Source: Lepidodermella squamata
Lineage: Eukaryota > Animalia > Gastrotricha
DNA length: 64,000 nucleotides
Assembly (NCBI GenBank): GCA_047495785.1
Contig: JBLDXI010000003.1
Span: forward strand, 2,418,001-2,482,000
Direction of reading: 5' to 3'
Shown: positions 1-10,600 of the stretch, piece after piece
Position numbering within the stretch: position 1 is the stretch's first letter
Layout of the letters: every line of letters begins with the position of its first letter
Program-made: the position numbers and the translations under genes
The notes under the pieces: model-generated
What the model was told of the DNA's origin: nothing
The model's database searches: none
Seen by the model: only the letters and a program-made list of their open reading frames with translations

Positions 1-136
1 TGCGCGTAAAATGCGCCTCAGTGATGTAGGAAATTTAATACCCATGCAGTAAATTATTGAAGTAAAACATTCTAGTCTCTAGTTTTTCTTTTTTGTATCT
101 TTTTTGAGAGCGATTTCTTCGAACGAAAAACGAATT

Positions 137-212
137 GCAGCGGCTGGAATCGAACCCACGTTTTTCACATGACAGCAGATAATTGATACGAATGCACCAG
201 TTAGCCAACTCG
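137..212 (-). ncRNA. tRNA-like RNA polymerase III internal promoter (tRNA pseudogene or SINE head)
   Basis: Minus strand has A-box TGGCTAACTGG (207-197) and B-box GGTTCGATTCC (156-146) at tRNA-like spacing; no convincing acceptor stem or cloverleaf. Confidence 0.4.
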
Positions 213-559
213 AAATTTTGATTAAAAACGGACTCGCCAACACAACAATTACAAACCAGGTATACGTTGAAGCCAATAATGTCTGTTACGTTGCCGGATT
301 CTGCCTATCACGTCTATCAAAGAAGCTCATCTGCAAGCTATGCATTAAATCACCTATCGGCTCGGAACAATGTTTTTTCTGTTCATTACATTGAGAAAAT
401 ATAATGACGATTGGCGTATCTACTGTTCTGGCGTCTGGCTTGTTTCGGGCTGTCAAATTTGTGGTCAAAACTCAAAAATCTGCAATTGCCAAATGCTTCT
501 GTCCTGCGCTGGGGGTTTCTATTATGGCTTTCCGTTAAATCGGCGAGGAAAATTCAAAG

Positions 560-1190
560 ATTCTGGACTTAAAATGGGCGCGCGAAGTGTGCACTACGAT
601 TCCTGTTGTCTACAGTTTGTTGAAGCGAAAATCGAAAGACGTTTACTGTCGGCTATTCAACAAGCTTCGATCAGTTTGTCTAACGTTGTCTTCTATCACC
701 TGGATGGTCGATTTCAAGAAGGCCGTCATCGAGGCTATCATCATCGTCTTCCCCAACTGCCTCTTATCGGGTTGTGTCTTTCACCTTGCGCAATGTGTTT
801 GAATTGAAACTAGTTTACTCGGACGATGAAGAGGCGCGAGTTCGCATCAAACGTCTAGTCGCGCTGGCATTGCGAGGTGCCTCGCGTTTTCGCCCTTCTC
901 GATGCCGATCTTGCGCCTGTCTCGGCAAAATATCCGAAAATGGCAGAGCTCTACCAATACTTCGAGAAGAATTGGGTCAACGTGTGACGACATGGCCAGC
1001 AAAGTGTCCGTCCAGAATTCGACTTCGAGCTCTGGAACATGGTGAAGCGCGTTGAAAATTCGCTACCTCGCCCCGACAACTATCACGAGGCTTGGCATCA
1101 GCAATTCACGGCCAGCAATGTCAGGAACCACCCGCATCTGTGGCGCCTCATCATGGGTCTTAAAAAAGGGCAGAACCTGATGTAGGAGAG
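560..1190 (+). mobile_element. Degenerate Mutator-like (MULE) DDE transposase remnant
   Basis: Frameshifted fragments read IPVVYSLLKRKSKDVYCRLF...MVDFKKAVIEAI..VFPNCLLSGCVFHLAQ...YFEKNWV...WNM...PRPDNYHEAWH, matching MULE motifs (DF, GCxFHxxQ, RTNNxxEGWH-like). Confidence 0.8.
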
Positions 1191-1349
1191 GGTAGCCGAC
1201 TTTCGCCTCTGCCTTTGCCGCGAAAGAGGCTCTGATGAAACTTACCCCTACTTATTCTATTCGCTACTTATTACCATTGTGGATTAGCTATTGTGTCGGC
1301 CGGTCAATATTTGGACCCATTGAAAATTGAAAAAATAAAAACAAAATAC

Positions 1350-2385
1350 CTTAATGTCCGAGTCCCAAACTTGTTGATAAACTTCGCAGATTTGAGTTAA
1401 ATCTAGCAATTGATCTCCCTCATTCATTTCTTTCACCGCCTGCACTGCAGCCATAATTTGACCAGGTTTCATCGCTTGGCAGGTTGTCGCGACCAAATTT
1501 CGCCGGTCTTCAACAGCTTTTTCCGCATCAGTGATGAGTTCTTTACGAAAACTTTCAATTTTAAGGCGCAATTTTTCAAGCAATACGTCGCAATGGTAAT
1601 TGATTTGGCGGGTAAGCTGATTTTCGTGCTCAGCAAGCTTCGAATTGACTGCCTCGGTCTGCTCATTAGATGACTTCATCCATGATTCCAAACGCTCCGA
1701 AAACTGTAAAAATTAAATATTGAAACATTTCAAAAATAAACAAAAAATGAAAAACTTACATTTACTGAAACCCAGCTGCATTCGAGTCGAAGGCGTTCAG
1801 CGTGAACAATGGAACAAGGCTCGCAGAATCTTTCATCACAATGAGGGCACTTTAACGCGTTCTCATTATCGAATTCGCAATGAGGACAAGTTTCACCGAC
1901 GTGCATGAATTCTTTGTAGCTGGACGAAAGCAACCCTCGAGAAGCCTCAAATATTTTTTGCATTCCAACATTGACAGGTAACTCTAAACAAATGAAAGGA
2001 ATCATCCATCATTCGAGGTTAATTTATTAAATTTATTAAATTAAATTTAATTAAATTTATTAAAACTCACGATCGAAAAATTCTGGATCAGAATCAGGCG
2101 CTAGGCATGGAGGGCAAAATTCAGGTTTGACGGCATGTTCGTCGCCACTTCCGTAAGCACATTCGTAGCAAATCGAGTGACCACATGCCGGGAAAAGTGC
2201 CATCGGCAGGGAATATTCATCGTAACATCGGTCGTAGGGTGATTTTTTACAACTAGGGCACCTTAGGATCTGATCAAATAAATTCGAAATAAAATTATTT
2301 TGCAAAAAAACCACGTGGAACAAACATCTAGCAACAGTCCATCGCTAACGTATTCTTCACGCCGCTGACGTTTAGCGGCCTGCAT
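1350..2385 (-). CDS. TRIM-like gene A0: RING + B-box-like + coiled coil (partial; 3' exon(s) absent or off the left edge)
   Basis: ATG 2385 (MQAAKRQRREEY); RING exon ~2070-2270 (CPSC...CGHSICYEC...CPPC); B-box exon ~1760-1985 (CPHCDERFCEPCSIVH); coiled-coil exon 1350-~1704; GT-AG introns. Near-duplicate of A1. Confidence 0.75.
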
Positions 2386-2499
2386 CTTACGATTGGAACA
2401 AAAAATAAAAGGAAGCTCTATGGAAAATTCCGAAACATTTGACAGTTATAAATTTTCTTGTAGATTGTTAAACGAGCCCTCATCACCGATTTATTGAAT

Positions 2500-4600
2500 A
2501 CGATATAAGTCATTCTCACTAAACTGGAAAAGACAAGGCAATCTCCTTCGGGTTGGTTGAACGATCGGCATATATCGATGCTGCTCAAAAGCTGCTTCGA
2601 TTTGAACATCTGCTTGAGGACCTGGAATCTCCTCTCATGTCACAGCTGAAATTCGGAAAATATTTTTTTTAACATCAAATTCACTTTTTTCAACATCAAA
2701 TTACTTTTTCTATCATCAAACTCTATTTTCAACAGCAAAATTCAGAAATTGTTATTTGATAAGGAAGAATATACTTTCATGATGACGTTGTGGATTTTAA
2801 GTGCCTATCACCTCTGGGGATGTTAGCGTGGCCCAGACTCGTGCCAGACCAATGAACAAAACTTCTGAGGAAGGAGGGAGCCTCAGGAAGGCGTGCTCAT
2901 GAAAGGAAGCTATTATCAACAGTCAGGGGTCTGCGCTAATCGATTATTGGATTCTTTGGCGATTCAAAGTGGTTGAAAGACATTTTGAATTATAAAGAGA
3001 CCTTGCAAACGGTGACGACATCACCTATTGTTATTGTCGCTACATGCGAAAGTCCGGCTACGAACGATGTCAGTGCCAGGCAAAGTTGCTTCTCGGCGGC
3101 GAGACATGGGTGCTGATGGCATCCGGGGCGAAGCAGCGTCACAAGACGGCGTAAAACGTTCCGGCGGCTTGACCTTGAAGGGCCCTGACTTATTTCTCTC
3201 ATTTGAATCATTGTCTTTGCAAAAATAAGAATCGTAAAATTATTCGGACAAATATTTAAAAATTCAATATTTTTTGGCCAAAAATCAAATATTTGTCCGT
3301 AACTTTGCAAAATTGCAGCTAACTCAATTTTCTATAATTTCTTGAACGGGTTCGACATCAACAAACTACATTGTTCTTCCGAATTTTCTGTTATTTTTCC
3401 GGACCGGTCATCATCAAGGGCTTTAATGAGTGTGGATCGCAAAAATTAGGATATCGAAATTTGCTGTTGAAAAAAGAGTTTGATGATAGAAAAAGTAATT
3501 TGATGTTGAAAAAAGTAAATTTGATGTTAAAAAAAATGTGACCCTGAAATTCACTCCAGCGGAAAATCAGCTCGCGTTTCAAAGCCATCATGATGGCAAC
3601 CATTGGCTTCTGTCATGGTTGGTGAGTACAAAAGTTCTCATTATTTACAGCCTGCCACGGAATGACCTGAGTGATGGCAGCTATGTACACTGCCGCAGTC
3701 GAGAATGGAAAGTTGGAAATCGAAATTCCTGGCCCCAACTTAACTTTGAAAAACAATGGTTCAGATTGCGGCGTCTTCGCCATCCCAACATGGCCGAAAT
3801 CGTGCTAAATTGTGACCCGGCCGGAGGATGCGTCTGTCTTGCGGAAGTACCTGTTAGACTGTTTTGTCAACCGAAAAATCACGCGCTTTCCTTACACGCG
3901 GGCTTGGAGTTCCCACGCGTCAGACGCGGGCGCCGGAAGGCGAATGGTGAGCTGGCGATACTCGCTGATTGTATGACCTCGACAGCGGAAGATGAGCCAG
4001 ATCAAAAGAAACCGGTTACCTGAACTTTAACCAGACATTTCAAACAATCTCGATCTTCGGATCCAAAGCGATTGAATTCAAACTGGCTAATTTTTCAAGC
4101 TAGAAAAGGATAAATGAAAATTAAATTGAGTCCAAGGTTTTTTAATTTTCTGAATACTGGAAATTTTAATAGGAATTTTAATAGGAAACTGGAAATTTTT
4201 TGGAAATTGGAAACAAAATACCGGGCTACCTGCATAATACTCATCTTGTAAGTAAGCCGGAATCTTTATGATCTTTCGCATGTAAGACGCCATTTTTTAA
4301 TTAACAAGCGCTTATATTTCAAGGTAACTGCTATTGTTGTATCTCCAATTTGAGAAAAGAACAGTAACTGTTCTCTCCACCCTTCTTGCCCAGCTGGATG
4401 ACCTAAAAACCACCTCGATTCTAAACTCAAAGTCGATCAGCGCGTTACGAATGTAGAACAAGCGTATCGTAAAATGTTGAACTTTTTGAAGCAGATCCAA
4501 GAAAAAGTCGACCACGGCGAATATAATTATCCTGGGAAGGATGAATCTTACGTAAGTTTCATCGAAGAACCGACTTTTCTTGTCACATTATGATATTTCT
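2500..4600 (-). pseudogene. Degenerate spliced coding remnant of unknown function (possibly the 3' part of A1)
   Basis: Canonical 45-nt intron gtaagg...ctaacag (~3895-3851) joins WELQARV to YFRKTD; the frame continues across the excised 2655-3543 element (..RWSEFQL*HERRFQVLKQMFKS..) with several stops. Confidence 0.4.
2655..3543. mobile_element. Non-autonomous Mutator-like element (889 bp)
   Basis: ~90-bp imperfect TIRs (2655-2743 / 3456-3543) with internal AACATCAAA subrepeats, GG...CC termini and a 9-bp TSD CTGAAATTC (2646-2654, 3544-3552); possible internal FLYWCH-like fragment (YCYC..RCQCQAK..H, ~3025-3140). Confidence 0.8.
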
Positions 4601-4829
4601 TCTAATGCATTACTTCCATGATCACTAGCGAGAATATAGAAATTATGGCCGGGTTCCGTAAGCTCATCGGCGAAGCGGGCGAAAAAAACCCATCGTTGGC
4701 TCGCCTTGTCGGCTGGGTCGCCGTGTAAAGCCGGGTGTTCCCTGTAATTACTCTAATTTTCCTGCACATTTTCTATAATTTCCTTGCCAATTGTAATTGC
4801 AGACTGCATACTTCGTCGACCATGTCCTC

Positions 4830-5379
4830 GAGGTGAGGCGAGAAGGCGGCACAAACCGCCTGCCCACGCCTGAGGAGTTAACAAATCAAATTTTAGGTAA
4901 GTAAAAACGATACAATGCCTAATCATCGTCATAATACGGCGTTCAATTGTTTCGCAGAATGTTTTCGGCTTCTAACGGGTATCGAGGAAGGCAACGTTGA
5001 TGCTTCCAATCTGCACGCCAAAATCAAAATATCAACAATTGATGCCCGATTAAAATTTCGAAAATGGTGATCTTTTCGTAACGAGCGTTACCGGGGAGCG
5101 GTACAATGTTGACAACTCCCAACGGTCTTTTATAAAATTCTACAAAATCAAGATTGATCAAGATCGAATGCAACAACCAGCAGGTCGTTTTCGACCGGAG
5201 AACGTGTTCAAGCGACAGCCAAAATTACAACCGGCCTCACCTGCGATTTCGAACTAGCGTTGCTCAATAACCTTCGAGCTGTTTTTTTCGTCACAATAAT
5301 TTGTTGCTTGTTCCACCTCTGTCAAGCTATCTTAAAACAGGTAGTGAATCTTAAGCTTTGGAACGAATACGTCGAGCCC
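4830..5379 (+). mobile_element. MULE transposase remnant interrupted by the Gypsy element (resumes at ~12701)
   Basis: LTCDFELALLNNLRAVFFVTIICCLFHLCQAILKQVVNLKLWNEYVEP matches the MULE DFE...CxFHxxQA motif; the frame continues as GSLVRN after the TSD. Left boundary uncertain. Confidence 0.75.
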
Positions 5380-5953
5380 TGTGGCGGTGACGCCACCTGG
5401 CGTCGTGACACGCGCCCGTTCGGCACGCGTTCGCTTCTCCCGCCACGGCGCCTACTTCCCTACCTAAGCGCAACTAGCACACTTTCATTCATCAACTTCT
5501 TTACTTCACAACTTGTTATTTTACTATGCTCTACCGGTACCTCGTCCTAGTCCTCTCACCCTGGCATTGGCTTCTGTAACTTATCAAATTCCATCTTTAA
5601 TCCGAATTTCTATCGTTAATTAGAACATATTTTATCTATTTTATATCGGTGCGTTGTATCGATCCGCTTACCTCAACCGTACCTGCCTACTGCGCGATCG
5701 GTAATTTGTTGTTTACTATCTAAGTTCAAGGCCTAAACTTACCTTCCTCTAACAGCTATTCTTGCCGTCACTCTAAATATTGCTCCTCCCGGCTGACCGT
5801 TTCGCCTTAACACGAACCCGGTATGCGACCTCGCCGTATAATATTTTACCTCCTTTCCTGACACATTGTTCTGTATACAGGGCCTTGATTTTACCTGAAT
5901 AAAAGACCTGATTGCCAACAACCAGTTGTGCTCCTATTGGTCTCACTGTTACA
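5380..5953 (+). repeat. 5' LTR
   Basis: TGTGGCGG...GTTACA; direct repeat of 12122-12695; contains AATAAA near 5898. Confidence 0.97.
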
Positions 5954-5954
5954 C

Positions 5955-5972
5955 TGGTGCATCGGCCGGGAA
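5955..5972 (+). other. Primer binding site (tRNA-Gly)
   Basis: TGGTGCATCGGCCGGGAA, 1 nt after the LTR, is complementary to the 3' end of metazoan tRNA-Gly(GCC) (...TTCCCGGCCGATGCACCA). Confidence 0.85.
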
Positions 5973-5980
5973 ACTCCGTC

Positions 5981-7660
5981 ATGCCCGCAAAGACCCGCTA
6001 TGGGAAAGCGCCTCCCTCGCCTGTCGTGTCGCCTCCTCCTTACTCTGCAGCGACAAGAGGCAGTGGACGTGGCCGTGGCCGCGGAGGTCGTGGTGGCGCC
6101 CGTAACAACCGGAAACAGCCTGACTTCTCGTCGCCGACGTCGCCGGCCGACCCTGCCGTGCCCTGGGGATCGCCGTCACCCGTTCGCACCGGCAAGCGGC
6201 AGCCCTCGCCCGCCCCGCGGAATCGGACGCCGCAGAGGCCGCCGCCGCCTTCCGGCGCACCTGTCTCCGACTTCGAGAGGCTACTGGCGTTCGCCGATGT
6301 TGCCACGCTGGAACGGTTTCTCGAGGACGAATTCGCCGTCATCGCCGGCATGCCGTCAGGTCCCAATCGCGCCATCCGGGAAGCGCGTCATCACCGCATT
6401 CTCGAGCTGCACGAACGGCGCGTGGATGAGGAACGCGACCGCGCTCTGCGAGACCGCCTGGTTGCCATCGCCCCGGCTGCAACCGCCTACCGCCTCGATC
6501 CGACGGCCCCAAGCCGCCCGACGGTCCCGCCACCACCGCCGCCGTCAGTCACGTTTTCGTCGGCGCCTGTGAACATCGAACCGGCCGCAATTCAGCCTCG
6601 TCCGGGTCCAACTACGGCACCGCCTCCTGCTGCTACCTCGAACCTCAAGTTGGCTCGGTTGCAGCCCACGTCCGCCAGCCTCACCTCGACGGTCCTCTCG
6701 GCTCCAACCAAGTTGAAGGACCTAGTGGAAAAACAGGGCGCCAAGGAGCCGCTCCTTACCTTCGCCGCCCGCTGCAAGGCCACTCTCGCTACGGTCGAGC
6801 TGCCCGACATTTCGGCCCTCACGAACCTGCTGCATGGCTTGTTCAACGACACGTGCAAGGCCGCGCTCAGCAGCATGCTGGCAGCAGGCATCAGAATCGA
6901 TTCGCTGGACCGGCTTTTCGACGAGTTGGCCCTCCGCGTGCCTAGCACGGCGGTCGACGAAGAGCCCAAGCAGCAAGCTGGCGAAGCCGTTGTAGTTTTC
7001 GGTGACCAGTGCCGACGTCACGTGCGGCACCACTACCCGGGTCTACCTGACGCTGCCTCGGACAAGCTGGCAGCGCGCCTTTTCCTGGCTGGCCTACGCC
7101 CTGGCGAGCTCAAGCGCCATGTTACCCTGCGCGACGAGGAAGCCCGAGCCTTGCGCGGCGAATCGGCCCCGTTAGCTGTGCTTCTTGCCCACGCTTCGAC
7201 CTTCGAACGGGCGGAGCTCCGTGTCGCCCCAGAGGACAAGGCCGCCAAGCAGAAGCCCGCGGCAATCACCATCGCCAGCGTGGCGACCTCCGAGCCCGCG
7301 CCGAAGCCTCCGCCTCCTCGGCAAGACCGACCGCCGCAACAGGCCCGCCGACAACAGTTTCAGCGGCCTCCGCCTCAACGGCCACAGCAACAGCAGCAAC
7401 CGCCGCAACAACCGCCTTTCCAGCAGCGGCAGCAACAGCCGTTCAACCCGCCGCCCTCTCGGCCGAACGATTCGCGCCGACCATTGCGCCGCGATCCATG
7501 GCCGGAGGCTATTGACCAGTTGGCGTTCTACCACCAGCTGGGTGTCTGTTGGAGGTGCGGCGCGGCCGATCACTCCTTCCGCGACCCGGGCTGCCCGCAG
7601 ATGTCGGCGCAGCTCCGAGCCGCCGCCCAGGCGCCCGTTCAGAGCAATCAGTCAAACTGA
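5981..7660 (+). CDS. gag: Gag polyprotein
   Basis: First ATG after the PBS; Pro/Arg-rich N-terminus, capsid-like QQAGEAV..F motif, Q/P-rich stretch, zinc knuckle CWRCGAADHSFRDPGC. Confidence 0.92.
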   Translation: MPAKTRYGKAPPSPVVSPPPYSAATRGSGRGRGRGGRGGARNNRKQPDFSSPTSPADPAVPWGSPSPVRTGKRQPSPAPRNRTPQRPPPPSGAPVSDFERLLAFADVATLERFLEDEFAVIAGMPSGPNRAIREARHHRILELHERRVDEERDRALRDRLVAIAPAATAYRLDPTAPSRPTVPPPPPPSVTFSSAPVNIEPAAIQPRPGPTTAPPPAATSNLKLARLQPTSASLTSTVLSAPTKLKDLVEKQGAKEPLLTFAARCKATLATVELPDISALTNLLHGLFNDTCKAALSSMLAAGIRIDSLDRLFDELALRVPSTAVDEEPKQQAGEAVVVFGDQCRRHVRHHYPGLPDAASDKLAARLFLAGLRPGELKRHVTLRDEEARALRGESAPLAVLLAHASTFERAELRVAPEDKAAKQKPAAITIASVATSEPAPKPPPPRQDRPPQQARRQQFQRPPPQRPQQQQQPPQQPPFQQRQQQPFNPPPSRPNDSRRPLRRDPWPEAIDQLAFYHQLGVCWRCGAADHSFRDPGCPQMSAQLRAAAQAPVQSNQSN

Positions 7661-7698
7661 CAGGGCAGACGGGCCAGGTGGCCGCCCGTTCTTGCCCT
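7651..7698 (+). other. Putative -1 ribosomal frameshift signal
   Basis: pol is in the -1 frame relative to gag; G-TCA-AAC immediately precedes the gag TGA and is followed by a GC-rich stem AGGGCAGACGGGC (7662-7674) / GCCCGTTCTTGCCCT (7684-7698). Confidence 0.7.
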
Positions 7699-10600
7699 CC
7701 CGACGCCGCCTTAGCCACCCTGTCCGCCGCCGTTGATGCCCTGTGCGACTTCCCCCTTGCTGGAACCCCCGTTACCGGTCTTGTTGACACAGGTGCTAAT
7801 GCCACTATTGTTTCCGCCGCGCTCTGCCGCTTCCTGGCGCTGCCCATCATCCCGTTGCCCACGCCTGTCACTATGAGAACCGCCGATGGTCAGATCGTCG
7901 ACTCGCGCACGGTCCTCGGCACCGCCCAGCTGCCCTTCTCGTCAGCGTTCGGACCTCACCAGGCCTTTGTGTTGGCCAGCCCTAGTCACGACCTCATCGT
8001 CGGCTTGGATTGGTTGCGTCGACACCAAGCTGTGGTCGATCTGCGACAACTCCGCCTCCGTGGCCTCGACTGGCACTTGCCGATCCGCCTCTCGCCGCCG
8101 GCCGGGCCTCGCTGGGCCTCGGTTTCCGTCGATGGCCGGCCATTCTACGACGCCCAGGTCTTGGTCAACGGTCGCATGACTACGGCTCGCGTCAGCACCA
8201 GCTCGCCTACCTCGATCGATTGCATGTCGATGTTGGGTGCAAATTGGGCTCCCTTCGCCCCCGGCTCGCTTCCGCGCCTGCCTTCGTCGGCTGGTCGTGT
8301 GGTCCCGCTTGGCCTCGGCTTCCTTCGCTTGCACACCTCGACCCATGCGACCGACCTGCCCGTCTTGGTCGTGAGTGGCGACGAGCACCGCCTAGTCCTC
8401 GGTGGCTCTCTGCTGTTCGCAAATCGTGCCGAGTTCAACCTCGCCGCTGGCTCGTTCTCGTTCGCCCCGCCGTCCGCGCCCGACGCGCTCCCCGCCGACG
8501 TCGAGGACCTTATCTCGCGCTCGGTGTCTGGCCTCGGTGACGACGATGCCGCCGCCATGCGTGCTTTACTGGTCGAGTTCGCGCCGGTGTTCAGCGACCG
8601 CTCGATGGGTATCCAGCTGAAACAGCCGCTCCTCATCGAGACCACGGCTACGCGTCCGATCAGCGTGCCTCGCCGCTACATGGGGCCTCACAAGAAGGCC
8701 GAGCTTCGCAAGCACTTGCGCTTCCTCCGCGAACGCGGCCTGATCGAGGTCGGCAACTCACCGAACGCTTGCTGCCCCGTCATCGTGCCTAAGCCCTCTG
8801 CGGCCGAACCGAACGGCACCCGCTTCACGGTCGACTTCCGACCCCGGAACAAGTTCCTACCCGACCGGTATCACGTCCCGCCGCTCTGGGAGGATGTGAC
8901 GGAGCGACTTCACGGGGCTAAGTTCTTCTGCCGCCTTGATCTTCGCCAGGCGTTTCACCAGCTGCCGTTAGCGGAGGAGTGCCGCGACCTGACGACGTTC
9001 TACGGCGCCGATGGCGAGAAGTGGCGCTACGCCGTGCTACCCATGGGCCTGTCGGTTAGTCCTGCCCTGTTGCAGTCCGCGATGCAGAACGAGATCCTGG
9101 CTGGTCTTCTGGACCTCTGCATCGAGTACCAGGATGACTGCCTGGTCTACGCCGACAGTGTCCCAGAGCTACTTCGCCGCCTCCGCCTGGTCTTCGAGCG
9201 CTTCCGAGACTTTCGCGTCAGCGTTTCCGCCGCCAAGTGCGAGCTCGCTCGCCCCGAAGTAAAGTTCCTTGGCCGTCGCCTTTCCGCCTCTGGCGTGTCT
9301 CCGGACCCCGATCGCACCCGCGACATCGCGCTCTTTCCTCGCCCTACCTGCCGACGGGATGTTCGCTCGTTCCTGGGCACCTGCAATTTTCTACGCGCAC
9401 ATCTGCCTGACTTCGCGACGCTAGCCGCGCCCTTGTCCGCGCTCACCTCGAACGCCGTGCCGTTTGCCTGGTCGGACGACTGCGACAAGTCGTTCCTCGC
9501 CTTGAAGGCCGCCTTCCAGCAGCCGGGCATCCTGGTCTACCCGGACTTCTCCCGAGCGTTCAAGGTGATGTGTGACGCCTCGGACGTCGGCCTCGGTTGC
9601 CTGCTTATGCAAACTGGTGATGACGGTCTCGACCGGCTGGTTGCTGCGCACAGTCGCCTGCTTTCGCCCGCCGAGCGGAAGTACCCAGCCCTCGAGAAGG
9701 AGTGTCTTGCGATCGTGTTCTCGTGTGAACGTTTCCGCGAATACCTGCTTGGCACCAGGTTCGTCCTCGAAACCGATCACAAGGCGCTCCTGTGGCTTCA
9801 AACCCTCCGTGATCCCAGCAAGCGTGTCTGGCGTTGGTTGGAGATGCTCGGTGACTACCAGTTCGACCTGGTCCACCGTCCGGGTCGCCTCAATCTCGCT
9901 GACGGTCTTTCACGGCCATCCGTTGAGCCGGACGATGTTGGCTATACTTCCGACGACAGCACCCTGCCCGACGTGACCTGCGCCGCCTCGCTGTCGGTGG
10001 CCGACTCGTTCCGCCTCGACCCCGCTGCTCTCCGCGCCGCCCAGTTGGCCGACCCCGATCTCGGCCCCGTACTGCGGCATCTGGACCTCGGCGAGCCTCT
10101 GCCTCGGCCACTCTCGGCCGGTTCGGCCCGGCTGTTACAGCTGCAGGACACGGTCTCGAAGGACGACGCCGGCGTCTTCTACACGTCGGTATCGGACCGC
10201 TTGTTCCCGCGGCTGTGCCTCATCCTGCCCGCCGTCTACGTGCCCGAAGTCATCAGAACTGCCCACGACGCGCCGATGTCTGGTCACCTGGGTCGCCGCA
10301 AGACCCTCGAGCGCATCCGCGATTACTGTTGGTTCCCAGGGTGTTACAGCGCCGTCCGGAAATTCTGCCGCGATTGTGCCACGTGCGCCGCCCGAAAAGC
10401 CACGAATCAGTCCACGACAGTGCCGCTAGTACCGCTTCGCCACGCCGACGAGCCGTTCGCTTTGGTCGCTATGGATGTGGTTGGGCCTATTCAGCCGGCC
10501 AGCAGCCAGGGTCATCGATGGGTGCTAACGTTCTACGACGCCTTCTCCAAGTTGTTGGTCGCCTACCCGCTGAGGTCAACGAAAGCGCCCTCGATCGTCG

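Noticed and set aside
137-212. Functional tRNA gene
   Set aside because: A and B boxes are present but no acceptor or anticodon stems could be folded.
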